From: Flavobacteriales bacterium
GTDB lineage: Bacteria; Bacteroidota; Bacteroidia; Flavobacteriales_D; Sanyastnellaceae
DNA length: 64,000 bases
Direction of reading: 5' to 3'
Assembly (NCBI GenBank): GCA_947448135.1
Contig: CANFLZ010000002.1
Location: 22,410 to 86,409, forward strand
Positions within the stretch are counted from its first letter, which is position 1. The number at the start of each line of letters is the position of its first letter. Of this stretch, positions 26,467 to 36,275 are shown in pieces. The notes beneath the pieces were generated by a model. The model saw only the letters and a program-made list of their open reading frames with translations, was not told where the DNA came from and did not search any database. A program made the position numbers and the translations under genes.

Positions 26467-28175
26467 ACGCAAAAGAAAGAGCAACCAGTTGGTTGGTCAA
26501 TTCCGTTGATCAACAAACACAAGAAGAAATCAAGCAACTCATCACTGAAGATGGCATAGCCTTGCAAGAAGCATTTTTCCAGGACCTCGAATTTGGTACG
26601 GGTGGTTTGCGAGGAGTCATGGGAATTGGATCAACACGAATCAATCGATACACCATAGGCGCCGCAACGCAGGGATTGGCTGATTATCTTAAAAAACAAT
26701 TTCCTGAAGGTGCTAAAGTAGCCATTGCTTATGACAGTCGGAATCAATCCGACACCTTGGCGCGAGCTGCTGCGGATGTTTTGACCGGCAATGGTATTAC
26801 AGTTTATTTATTCAGAAAATTGCGACCCACACCCGTTCTTTCTTTTGCTGTTCGTCAATTGGGTTGTCAATCGGGAATTGTCATTACTGCCTCCCACAAC
26901 CCACCTGAGTACAATGGATACAAAGTGTATTGGGAAGATGGCGGACAAGTTGTTCCTCCACATGACAAAGGCATCATTGGTTGTGTCCGAGCTGTGGGTT
27001 CTTTTGACAACGTGCAATTCAAAGGGAATGATGCCCTGCTTCATTTTTTAGAAGACGATTGGGATCAGCATTACATCAACATGGCCATGCCTTTGATTCA
27101 CAGCAAGGCCGCCATTGCAGCACAAGCCAATGTGCCCATGGTCTACACTTCCATCCACGGAGCTGGTATTACCATGGTTCCGCAACTATTGGAAAAAATG
27201 GGTTTTAAAAATGTGCATATTGTCGCAGAGCAAGCGCAGCCCGATGGAAATTTCTCTACCGTAAAATCGCCCAATCCCGAAGAAAAAGAAGCGTTATCGC
27301 TCGCCATTCAATTGGCAGAAAAGACAAATTCTGAATGGGTGTTGGGAACTGATCCCGATACCGATCGCGTTGGATTGTGTGTAAAGGACAATCAAGGCAA
27401 AATGGCCTTGCTCAATGGAAATCAAACAGGAGCATTGCTCGCCTACTATCAATTGCAAATGGCCGGCAAAGTGCATCCTGAAGGTTTGCCTTACTTCACG
27501 GCGCGCACCATTGTTACTTCAACATTGATTGAAGAAATTGCGAGTTCGTTTGGCGTGCCTTGCTATTCGACATTGACCGGCTTTAAATACATTGCCGCGG
27601 TGATTGCCGAGCGTGAGGGAAAAGAAAAATTTCTTTGCGGAGGCGAAGAAAGCTATGGCTATTTGATTGGAGACGACGTACGTGATAAAGACGCTGTTAT
27701 TTCTGCCGCTGCGCTGAGCGAAATTGGCGCTTGGGCATTGAACAATGACACCAGTCTGTGGGGATTACTCATGAAGATATACGAACGTTATGGTTTGTAT
27801 CATGAAGAGTTGGTATCCATTACTTTGAAAGGATTGGATGGCATGGAAAAAATCAAATCCATGATGGACAACTTCCGAAACAATGCCCCTCAAACTTTGG
27901 GCGGGGTAAAGGTTGTGGAGACACGTGACTATTTGAAACAAATCGTCGTTCACGCAGACGGACGTCAATCAGCGATTGCGCTACCCTCTTCCAATGTAAT
28001 GCAATTTGTATTGGCTGACGGAAGCACGGTCACTGCGCGTCCGAGCGGCACCGAACCCAAAATCAAATTTTACTTCAGCATGAAAGAGCCCTTCATGGGT
28101 CAAGAAAAATATGCGGACCAAGTAAAAACCCTCCAAGAAAAAATGAAGGTCATTGAAAAAGAAATGATCGGATAA
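26463..28175 (+). CDS. phosphoglucomutase/phosphomannomutase-family phospho-sugar mutase
   Basis: The start is ATG 26463. It has the phosphoserine loop TASHNPPEYNGYKV, the Mg loop GTDPDTDR and the sugar loop GGEESYG. Confidence 0.85.
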   Translation: MNAKERATSWLVNSVDQQTQEEIKQLITEDGIALQEAFFQDLEFGTGGLRGVMGIGSTRINRYTIGAATQGLADYLKKQFPEGAKVAIAYDSRNQSDTLARAAADVLTGNGITVYLFRKLRPTPVLSFAVRQLGCQSGIVITASHNPPEYNGYKVYWEDGGQVVPPHDKGIIGCVRAVGSFDNVQFKGNDALLHFLEDDWDQHYINMAMPLIHSKAAIAAQANVPMVYTSIHGAGITMVPQLLEKMGFKNVHIVAEQAQPDGNFSTVKSPNPEEKEALSLAIQLAEKTNSEWVLGTDPDTDRVGLCVKDNQGKMALLNGNQTGALLAYYQLQMAGKVHPEGLPYFTARTIVTSTLIEEIASSFGVPCYSTLTGFKYIAAVIAEREGKEKFLCGGEESYGYLIGDDVRDKDAVISAAALSEIGAWALNNDTSLWGLLMKIYERYGLYHEELVSITLKGLDGMEKIKSMMDNFRNNAPQTLGGVKVVETRDYLKQIVVHADGRQSAIALPSSNVMQFVLADGSTVTARPSGTEPKIKFYFSMKEPFMGQEKYADQVKTLQEKMKVIEKEMIG

Positions 28176-28183
28176 CGACAACC

Positions 28184-28191
28184 TATATTTG
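28184..28191 (+). promoter_or_regulatory. TAnnTTTG motif (TATATTTG) 3 nt before ATG 28195
   Basis: Read directly from the sequence. Its closeness to the start codon implies either a leaderless transcript or coincidence. Confidence 0.2.
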
Positions 28192-28194
28192 AAC

Positions 28195-29865
28195 ATGAAA
28201 AAATTATTGATGATTGGAATAGCAATGGTATCGCAGGCGATATTATTTGCTCAAAATCCAACACAAGGTGTATTGCGCGGCAATTTTCAATTTCTAGCCC
28301 AGCAATACAGCGCTGATACTTTGATCAATGCCACCGTACCTGCATCCAAAGCAGCCATGAATGGATTCGGAAATTTCAATTACACCTATGGAAAAGTTAC
28401 TGCAGGATGGAGAATTGAAACCTATCAAAACGCCATTCAGGGATACAGCGCTAAAAACAGATACAAAGGCACTGGTATCGGAAATCGATATGTTACCTAT
28501 GCTGATTCAACTTTAGAAATCACCATCGGTAATTTCTACGAGCAATTTGGAAATGGAATGACTTTGCGAACCTACTGGGAACCCAACCTCGGTATCGATA
28601 ATGCACTGGACGGAGCCCGTATCATTTTTCGTCCTGTTCATGGCGTAACCCTCAAAGGAATTTGGGGAAAACAACGATTGGATTTTGACAGTCAGATTAT
28701 TCACGCCGACGGAATTGCCCGAGGATTTGATGGCGAGATTTGGGCCAATGAATTGATCAAAAGTCTGGCAAATGCCAAGACCCGCGTTATGGTAGGTGGG
28801 AGTTTTGTCAGTCGTTATCAACCCGGAGGAAACCGATTTGTTGACAGTTTGATTTTTGTAATTCCTGACAACGTAGCCATGTACTCAGGAAGAATGCAAA
28901 TTCAACGCGGCAATTGGATGATGATGGGTGAGTATGCCCGTAAAATCAACGATCCATCCGCAGACAATGGATACATCTATCGAAAAGGACAAGGTATTTT
29001 CTTCAATTCTTCCTATAGCCAAAAAGGATTTGGTGTGAATGTCATGGCAAAAAGCATTGACAATCTAAGCTTTCGTGGAGATCGCAATCTAAAGCTATTT
29101 GATGTTCCATTGAACTACACCCCAGCTATCACCAAACAACACACATACAATTTAGCTTCCACGCTATATCCTTATGCAACACCACTTACTGGCGAAGCCA
29201 GCTTTATGTTGGAGGTGTATTATACCATTCCAAAAGGAAGCAAATTGGGAGGAAAATATGGAACGCAAATTTCCGCCAGTTACGCAGTAGCCAATTGTTT
29301 GGACACAGTGCAATACACAGGAATATCAGCGTTGACAGAAGGGTATAAAGTGAATTCATTGGGATTTGGAAAAACAAAGTATGTCCGCGATTTCAACATT
29401 GAATTCAAACGCAAAATATCAAAAGAATTCAATGTTGGCTACACCTTCTACTACATGGAATTCAACACCAAAGTAACGCCTGTAACCAATGACTTCAAAG
29501 GAATCGTATACGCCAATATCTCTGTATTGGAAATGGGTTACAAAATCACAAAGAAAGATTACATAAGAGTCGAATTGCAACAACTTCAAACCAAGCAAGA
29601 CAAAGGAGATTGGCAGACAGTAGTGGCGGAATACACACACAGCCCACACTGGACGATTGGAATTGTCAATCAATACAACAAAGGCAATCCTGTTGAAGCC
29701 AAGCGAATTGATTATCTTTTTGGAACTGTAGGTTACATCAACGGACCTCACCGCATTACAGTAGGATATGGAAAGAGACGTGAAGGCGTTTTCTGCATCG
29801 GTGGCGTTTGCCGCGCCGTGCCAGCCACCAATGGATTTGAAGTTATATTAACCAGCAGTTTTTGA
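28195..29865 (+). CDS. outer-membrane beta-barrel protein (DUF6029-like)
   Basis: I take the start at ATG 28195, because track start 28189 is TTG. It has a signal peptide, is beta-rich, and ends ...EVILTSSF with a C-terminal Phe OMP signal. Family name from memory. Confidence 0.6.
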   Translation: MKKLLMIGIAMVSQAILFAQNPTQGVLRGNFQFLAQQYSADTLINATVPASKAAMNGFGNFNYTYGKVTAGWRIETYQNAIQGYSAKNRYKGTGIGNRYVTYADSTLEITIGNFYEQFGNGMTLRTYWEPNLGIDNALDGARIIFRPVHGVTLKGIWGKQRLDFDSQIIHADGIARGFDGEIWANELIKSLANAKTRVMVGGSFVSRYQPGGNRFVDSLIFVIPDNVAMYSGRMQIQRGNWMMMGEYARKINDPSADNGYIYRKGQGIFFNSSYSQKGFGVNVMAKSIDNLSFRGDRNLKLFDVPLNYTPAITKQHTYNLASTLYPYATPLTGEASFMLEVYYTIPKGSKLGGKYGTQISASYAVANCLDTVQYTGISALTEGYKVNSLGFGKTKYVRDFNIEFKRKISKEFNVGYTFYYMEFNTKVTPVTNDFKGIVYANISVLEMGYKITKKDYIRVELQQLQTKQDKGDWQTVVAEYTHSPHWTIGIVNQYNKGNPVEAKRIDYLFGTVGYINGPHRITVGYGKRREGVFCIGGVCRAVPATNGFEVILTSSF

Positions 29866-30737
29866 TCATGAAAAAATTATTGTTCATCATCGTCATTTCC
29901 GTATTTGCATGGAGCGGATGCGACCAATTGGATCAGCCATACAGCACCGTGAAGTATCGCTACATGGAAGAAAAATATGGCGCCGCTCCTGTATTCACAT
30001 ACGAAACAGGCTTAACCAAAAATGTTCTTGTAGAAGAGTTTACCGGACATCTTTGTGGATTTTGTCCTACGTCAACAGCCATGGTGTTGGAGCTAGACAC
30101 ATCGCTCGGCGATCGAATGGTAACTGTATCCATTCATGCCGGATCGTTGGCTCAAGTTAGTGCTCCCCCCTTTGATACCGATTACAATACCGTTCCTGGA
30201 AACTTGTATTGGTCGCAATTGCAAGGCGGTTTCAATCCTTGCGCTAGAATCGATCGCAATGGTGGATTGAGTAATTTCTATTGGATTGATCCCAATAACC
30301 CATCTTCATGGGAAGATTTGATCATTGCCGCTAAAAATGAAACACCACAAGCTGCAGTACAAGTGCAAGCCGATTTTGTACCAGAAGACAATGTTATCAA
30401 TATCCATACAGGATCACAATTCAACCAAGACATGTCCGGAAATTACTCTTTGGTCGTTTTGCTGATTGAATCACACATCATCAGTGCGCAAGAAGATTAT
30501 GACCAAACACCATCGGAAATTCCGAGCTATGAGCACAATCATTTGCTTCGCGATGCAGTAACGCAACCCATGGGGAACAGCTTGGCCACCAACCCAAAAG
30601 CCAATAGCCTATACACGAGCAGTTACACGTATCCTCTCCCCAGCACATGGAAAGGGGAGAATATGACTGTTGTAGCTTATATCATCGATCAAAACACCAA
30701 TGAAGTTGTCAATGCCACTGAGTATGAATTGGACTAA
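29862..30737 (+). CDS. Omp28-related outer-membrane lipoprotein with thioredoxin-like CxxC
   Basis: 291 aa with the lipoprotein signal VFAWSGC and the motif EEFTGHLCGFCP. It overlaps the preceding gene by 4 nt. Confidence 0.6.
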   Translation: MIMKKLLFIIVISVFAWSGCDQLDQPYSTVKYRYMEEKYGAAPVFTYETGLTKNVLVEEFTGHLCGFCPTSTAMVLELDTSLGDRMVTVSIHAGSLAQVSAPPFDTDYNTVPGNLYWSQLQGGFNPCARIDRNGGLSNFYWIDPNNPSSWEDLIIAAKNETPQAAVQVQADFVPEDNVINIHTGSQFNQDMSGNYSLVVLLIESHIISAQEDYDQTPSEIPSYEHNHLLRDAVTQPMGNSLATNPKANSLYTSSYTYPLPSTWKGENMTVVAYIIDQNTNEVVNATEYELD

Positions 30738-31368
30738 AATTTTTCTATTGTCGTCATTAGCTTTAAGTTGTTTTAATGGCTTTTCGCAAGACAATAACGA
30801 AGGCGGCAATCAGCGATTCTCGATGCATGCCAAAATCGGCATGGATGTTAGTCAAATGAGTGGCGATGGATTGTCGGGCTTTCACAAACCCGGCGCAAAC
30901 ATTGGCGCCATTGTAAAAGGTAAATTAAAAAACAATCACGCCTTTTCCATCGGTATTGAATACATCAGTAAAGGAAGTCGCGCACCGATAGACACCCTGA
31001 ATCACAACACCTTTGCGTATCGATTGCATTATGTTCAGATTCCATTGTTGTACCATTTTCAATACAACCAACGTCTCCAATTTCAGATTGGCCCATACGC
31101 CTCATACTTGGTGAAACAAGGAGTAATGGCCAATAAAAATTTGTACACCATGTATGAATATGGTGGTCAACCGGGATTCAGAAGCTGGGATGTTGGGGGA
31201 TGCCTTGGTGCTTCCTTTATCTTTAATGACAACAACAATTTTTTGATCGAATTTGGACAAAGCATTTTACCCATTCGTCCCAATCCAAGCAAAACCAACC
31301 AATACAGCTTTTATGAAAGTGGAAACTACAACTCCACTTTAAGTTTTTGTTGGATGCATCAATTTTAA
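30724..31368 (+). CDS. small outer-membrane beta-barrel (porin-family) protein
   Basis: The start is ATG 30724. It has a signal peptide, is about 214 aa, and ends ...SFCWMHQF. Confidence 0.65.
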   Translation: MNWTKIFLLSSLALSCFNGFSQDNNEGGNQRFSMHAKIGMDVSQMSGDGLSGFHKPGANIGAIVKGKLKNNHAFSIGIEYISKGSRAPIDTLNHNTFAYRLHYVQIPLLYHFQYNQRLQFQIGPYASYLVKQGVMANKNLYTMYEYGGQPGFRSWDVGGCLGASFIFNDNNNFLIEFGQSILPIRPNPSKTNQYSFYESGNYNSTLSFCWMHQF

Positions 31369-34300
31369 GGCTGCCACTTCTTAGGTAGGGTGACGTATGC
31401 GGCGGATAGTGGAATAAATGATTTCCAATTATTGTCCCAAATAACAATATTGGAACTCTTCCATTGCTGAATATCCTTCTTCAAAACATTCAATGCATTC
31501 TTTGCATTTTCTCCGGGCTGCTCAGACTCAGAACTCAACAACGAATACGGTGTCCACCATCGACCACTCAACACACGACTGTCGTCTTGTATGCCCGTCA
31601 ATCCGTCTTTCAAAAACACCTTCTCCATTTGTACATTAAAAGATTTATTGAGCGAATCTGACATTGATTTCAATTTCTTCTGAACGCTATCGGGCAAATA
31701 TTTACAAGACTCGTTTACCCACTGCATGAGGGCTTGTGCTTCTTTCACTTTCTCTACTTCATTGTCCAAGTCTATCATGGACGCTTTCCAATCATTGTAT
31801 AAGGCCTGCTGCGCCGCATACGTCGCTGGCTCAAAAGGAACTCTATCATCCTCTTCTACCCAAATATCCGTATGCCCTTTTGCATCGCCATAGGCGATGT
31901 GCATTTCATATCTACCCGGAGCCACTTTCCAACCACCTCCCGGTGGCACTTTCGAAGTCTCACGCTTTGACTTGGTGGGAAAGTGAAATCCATTCGAATC
32001 AAAATGCCAATGAATCACTGTTATAAAAGAATCGGGTTCCTGCTCAAAATTGCGAATGGTATCGTTCCCGGATAAAATGGCAATTTTCATTTTCTCTTTT
32101 TCCTTTCCATCCGCAACAGGAATCAATTCAGCATGACAAAAAACCTGGATTCCATAGTCGCGGTTTTCTCCAGAAAAATAGCGATCACCCGGAAAGCGTT
32201 GACCCAAATGACGACGATATGAAACTTCAAAACCAGGCTGTGGTCGATATACTTGCAACTTGCTTTTGATGTTGTTATTCCGATTGAAAATCACATCACG
32301 GATGGGATTCAAATCATCCAAAATATACAATCCTCTTCCAAAGGTTGCAATCATTAAATCACCCTCCGTAGGATGAATACGCAAATCTTGTGTCGGTACA
32401 GATGGATAATCATGTGTCCATTTTTCCCAACTATTTCCGTGATCCATGGAAACAAACAAACCATGCTCAGTACCACAAAAAACCAAATCCGGTTGCTGAT
32501 CATCCTGAGCTACACTCAAGCAATGACCCGTCATTGCACTCTTCTCAACAACATTTTTCCAATGCTTCCCTCCGTCGGTTGAATGAAACAAATAAGGCTT
32601 CCAATCGTTTTGGCGATAGTTATTGGCAACAACCCAAACCTCATTGGGTACTTTGTTCGATAATACAATTTGTGGAATCCAACAATTCTTGGGAAGGCCT
32701 TTGATTTCAGGAGTTACATTGACCCAATTCTTCCCATGATCTTTGGTCATCTGCACTTGTCCATCGTCCGTTCCTACCCATATCTCCTGCTGGTTATTGG
32801 CATTGGGAGTAATGCACAAAATAGTGCAGTGATTCTCAGCAGAGGTAGCATCCGTTGTCAATCCTCCACTTTTGTATGCTTCCTGTTTCTTGGGATCATT
32901 GGTAGTTAAATCAGGAGAAATAATCTCCCAAGTTTGTCCATGATTTTTTGAATAATGCACAAATTGACTTCCAATATAGATTGCGGGATCCGCATTGGGT
33001 TGATTGCTAATTGCGGTGTTCCAATGAAACCGCAATGGAATTCCATCCGGATGCGCCGGCTGAATAAATTGCTCTTGTCCCGTAGCGGCATTCACCCTTG
33101 CCAAACTACCGCCTTGCGATAGAACATACACCCAATTCTCATCAGACTCATCCGGAACGGCATCAAATCCATCTCCAAAATATAGTTCTTGCCAATCGCT
33201 ATCTAAAATGCCATCGCTGTGCCAAACATAGGCGGGTCCTTTCCAGGTTCCGTTGTCTTGCAAACCCCCATAAACATGATACGGAATCGACAAATCATAA
33301 TTGATATGATAAAACTGACCCAATGGAAGATTGGGAATAAACTCCCAATTCTTTCCACCATCCCTGCTCACATTTAATCCACCATCATTGCCCTCCCACA
33401 TTTCACGGGTATTGATTGGGTTCCACCAAAAAGCATGGTGATCAGGATGCACGCCAGAATAAGGCAACATTGTCGACCAAGTCTTTCCGCCATCAATACT
33501 CTCCGTAACTACGCTGTGTAGGTAGATCAAATGATTGGCATTTTTAGGATCGACATAAAATTCAGAATAATAAAACGGACGATCATTCACTCCTTTGTCC
33601 GTTACCATGCTCCACGTTAACCCACCGTCCATGCTTCGGTACAATGCAGTATTCTTCGACTCAATCATGGCATAAACAATACGAGAATCAGATGGCGCAA
33701 TCGCAATTCCTATCCTTCCCAAATTCCCTTTGGGCAATCCATCTTTCTCTCCCAACAATTTCCAATCTTGACCTCCATTCCAAGTGATATACAATCCCGA
33801 ACCCTTGCCACCCGACTCGAACGTCCATGGCTTTCTTTGGTATTGCCACATGGCCGCCAACATCTTTTGATCATTGCTCGGATCCATCACCAAATCGGCA
33901 CACCCCACAGAGTCATTGATATACAAAATATTCTTCCAATTCTTTTGAAATTGGTTGTAATAAAAAACACCACGATCTTTGTTAGGCCCCCACGCGGAGC
34001 CCATCGCTCCTACAAAAACATTATCCTGCTTGTCCAAGCAAATTCTATGAATGGATTTTGATTCCTCCAACCCCATACATTTCCAGGTCTTTCCACCGTC
34101 TTGAGATCGATAAACACCACGACCTGAAGTCTGTGAATTTCTAGGATTGCCCTCACCTGTACCAACCCATATTTCATCAGGATGAATCGTAGACACCTTC
34201 ACCGCACCGATTCCCGTCACTGCTTCATGATCAAAAATGGGGTGCCATGTTGTTCCCCAACTTTCACTCTTCCACAATCCACCGGAAGCCGAACCGACGT

Positions 34301-34457
34301 ACATCACTCCGCGCTGCATATCCACATCAATACTCGTGACACGACCGCTGGTAACTGCAGGACCAATCGAACGCATATTCATTCCTTTGAACTGCTTGAG
34401 TTGCGCTTGGGATAAAGCTGCACAGACCACAAAAATCAGAGACAAAATTTTTCGCAT
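31365..34457 (-). CDS. secreted BNR/Asp-box repeat protein (sortilin/VPS10-like double beta-propeller)
   Basis: 1030 aa with a signal peptide. At least eight SxDxGxTW-type motifs are present (SQDGGKTW, SMDGGLTW, SIDGGKTW, SRDGGKNW, SKNHGQTW, TKDHGKNW, STDGGKHW, SMDHGNSW). Confidence 0.8.
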   Translation of the reverse strand: MRKILSLIFVVCAALSQAQLKQFKGMNMRSIGPAVTSGRVTSIDVDMQRGVMYVGSASGGLWKSESWGTTWHPIFDHEAVTGIGAVKVSTIHPDEIWVGTGEGNPRNSQTSGRGVYRSQDGGKTWKCMGLEESKSIHRICLDKQDNVFVGAMGSAWGPNKDRGVFYYNQFQKNWKNILYINDSVGCADLVMDPSNDQKMLAAMWQYQRKPWTFESGGKGSGLYITWNGGQDWKLLGEKDGLPKGNLGRIGIAIAPSDSRIVYAMIESKNTALYRSMDGGLTWSMVTDKGVNDRPFYYSEFYVDPKNANHLIYLHSVVTESIDGGKTWSTMLPYSGVHPDHHAFWWNPINTREMWEGNDGGLNVSRDGGKNWEFIPNLPLGQFYHINYDLSIPYHVYGGLQDNGTWKGPAYVWHSDGILDSDWQELYFGDGFDAVPDESDENWVYVLSQGGSLARVNAATGQEQFIQPAHPDGIPLRFHWNTAISNQPNADPAIYIGSQFVHYSKNHGQTWEIISPDLTTNDPKKQEAYKSGGLTTDATSAENHCTILCITPNANNQQEIWVGTDDGQVQMTKDHGKNWVNVTPEIKGLPKNCWIPQIVLSNKVPNEVWVVANNYRQNDWKPYLFHSTDGGKHWKNVVEKSAMTGHCLSVAQDDQQPDLVFCGTEHGLFVSMDHGNSWEKWTHDYPSVPTQDLRIHPTEGDLMIATFGRGLYILDDLNPIRDVIFNRNNNIKSKLQVYRPQPGFEVSYRRHLGQRFPGDRYFSGENRDYGIQVFCHAELIPVADGKEKEKMKIAILSGNDTIRNFEQEPDSFITVIHWHFDSNGFHFPTKSKRETSKVPPGGGWKVAPGRYEMHIAYGDAKGHTDIWVEEDDRVPFEPATYAAQQALYNDWKASMIDLDNEVEKVKEAQALMQWVNESCKYLPDSVQKKLKSMSDSLNKSFNVQMEKVFLKDGLTGIQDDSRVLSGRWWTPYSLLSSESEQPGENAKNALNVLKKDIQQWKSSNIVIWDNNWKSFIPLSAAYVTLPKKWQP

Positions 34458-34497
34458 GTGTTAAATTTAAGCATAACTTGGCTGTCGACGCATTAAC

Positions 34498-35235
34498 ATG
34501 AAAGTAAGTATCATCACCATCAGCTACAACAGTGGATCGACAATCGAAGCAACGATTCGAAGTGTCCTCGCGCAAGACTATGGCGACATTGAATACATCA
34601 TTGTGGATGGCCGCTCAACAGACAACACGATGGATATCGTGAAGAAGTACGGAAACAAAATTTCCCAAGTGATCTCTGAGAAAGACAAGGGAATTTATGA
34701 CGCCATGAACAAAGGATTAAAAATGGCTACTGGCGATCTCATCGGTATTTTAAATAGTGATGATACCTATGCCTATCCTTCCGCTGTGACGGACATGGTC
34801 AACAACTTAGGCAACCATGATAGTATCTATGCAGACTTACAATATGTAGATGGTTCAACAGGGAAGGTAATTCGTCATTGGCATTCAGGACAATATAAGC
34901 CTGGGGCATTTTTATACGGATGGATGCCCCCGCATCCCACTTTTTTCGTAAGAAGATCGATTTATCAGCGGCTGGGTTTATTTCTGACCGATCATGGTTC
35001 TGCTGCTGATTATGAATTGATGCTAAGATTTATTCACAAGAATAACATCAGTGTCGCTTATTGGAATCGTGTCATCATACAAATGAAAACAGGCGGGGCG
35101 AGCAATGTAACATGGAAGCAACGGTGGCGCGCCAATCAATTGGATAGATTGGCTTGGACCAAAAACGACTTACAACCCAAATGGTATACACTTCTTCTCA
35201 AACCACTGAGAAAAATAAAACAATATTGGCAGTAG
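34498..35235 (+). CDS. family 2 glycosyltransferase
   Basis: 245 aa with VSIITISYNSGSTIEATIRSVLAQDY, DGRSTDNT and NSDD. Confidence 0.85.
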   Translation: MKVSIITISYNSGSTIEATIRSVLAQDYGDIEYIIVDGRSTDNTMDIVKKYGNKISQVISEKDKGIYDAMNKGLKMATGDLIGILNSDDTYAYPSAVTDMVNNLGNHDSIYADLQYVDGSTGKVIRHWHSGQYKPGAFLYGWMPPHPTFFVRRSIYQRLGLFLTDHGSAADYELMLRFIHKNNISVAYWNRVIIQMKTGGASNVTWKQRWRANQLDRLAWTKNDLQPKWYTLLLKPLRKIKQYWQ

Positions 35236-35237
35236 TT

Positions 35238-36275
35238 CTATTTTGTATTGTAAACCGCAGTAGCGACAACCTTTCCAACAGCCTCTAAAACTTGAGGATC
35301 GATATTGGCCACATTATCATCCATCGTGTGGTGGTAATGACCAAATTCAAATCCCCCCATTCCCATAGAAATTGTATTGGGTCTCATGTCCACAATATCA
35401 ATGGAACGCACTCCCGCTTGATTCATGTAAACATGATCATCTGTAATTCCTCCAATTTGTTCCTTCACAAAAAGAGACCCGTAACCCAATCGGTTGGCTT
35501 GATTCCAAACCCAACCCATGACATCGCCAGCGGCTGACATGGAAGTGTTCTCCATATTGAATCGAGCATTCTTTCCACCCACCATGTCCAACAAAATTCC
35601 ATAACGCACATTCTTGATATCATGCGGATATTGCGACCAATACTGCGAACCCAAACACCAAGTTTTGTTGGCTGTCTGACCATCCAAGGTAGACCACTCA
35701 GGAGCGCCTTGATCTTCGTTGTCAAAAAAGACCAAATCCACACCAACTTCGGGTTGCTTTTCTTGCATGATGCGGGCAATCTCCAATAATACGGCAACAC
35801 CACTGGCTCCATCATTGGCTCCATCAATAGGCTTTCTTTGATTGGCCTTGTTGGGATCCTTATCCGCCACCCATCTGGAATCCCAGTGCGCAGCCAGCAT
35901 CACCCTTGACTTCTTGTCTTTACCCCACTGCGCAATAATGTTACGCACTGGTGTAGCATTGCCTTCCCAACTGGTTACTTTGGTATTTTGTTCAGTGATT
36001 GCCGCGCCCATCGACTTGCATTTAGCAATAATCCATTCACCGCATTCATTGTGCCCTGTGCTCATTGGAACACGAGGACCAAAGGCGACTTGCGTCTTCA
36101 AGAATGCCATCGCGGAGTCCACGTTGAACATCGGTGGTTCAACCAGTTTGGCCGCTTCAGCTTGCGGATTTTTTGTCCCTTCTTGATGGGTTTTTCCCTT
36201 GGGTAAAAATTGAACTACAACCCATACCAAAATGAGCAACAATAGGACAATTGCAATGATTCTATTTCTTTTCAT
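35238..36275 (-). CDS. M28-family peptidase (glutaminyl-cyclase-like)
   Basis: I moved the start to ATG 36275 (MKRNRIIAIVLLLLILV anchor). Metal-ligand regions are LAAHWDS, DGANDGASG and FFDNEDQG. Confidence 0.8.
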   Translation of the reverse strand: MKRNRIIAIVLLLLILVWVVVQFLPKGKTHQEGTKNPQAEAAKLVEPPMFNVDSAMAFLKTQVAFGPRVPMSTGHNECGEWIIAKCKSMGAAITEQNTKVTSWEGNATPVRNIIAQWGKDKKSRVMLAAHWDSRWVADKDPNKANQRKPIDGANDGASGVAVLLEIARIMQEKQPEVGVDLVFFDNEDQGAPEWSTLDGQTANKTWCLGSQYWSQYPHDIKNVRYGILLDMVGGKNARFNMENTSMSAAGDVMGWVWNQANRLGYGSLFVKEQIGGITDDHVYMNQAGVRSIDIVDMRPNTISMGMGGFEFGHYHHTMDDNVANIDPQVLEAVGKVVATAVYNTK

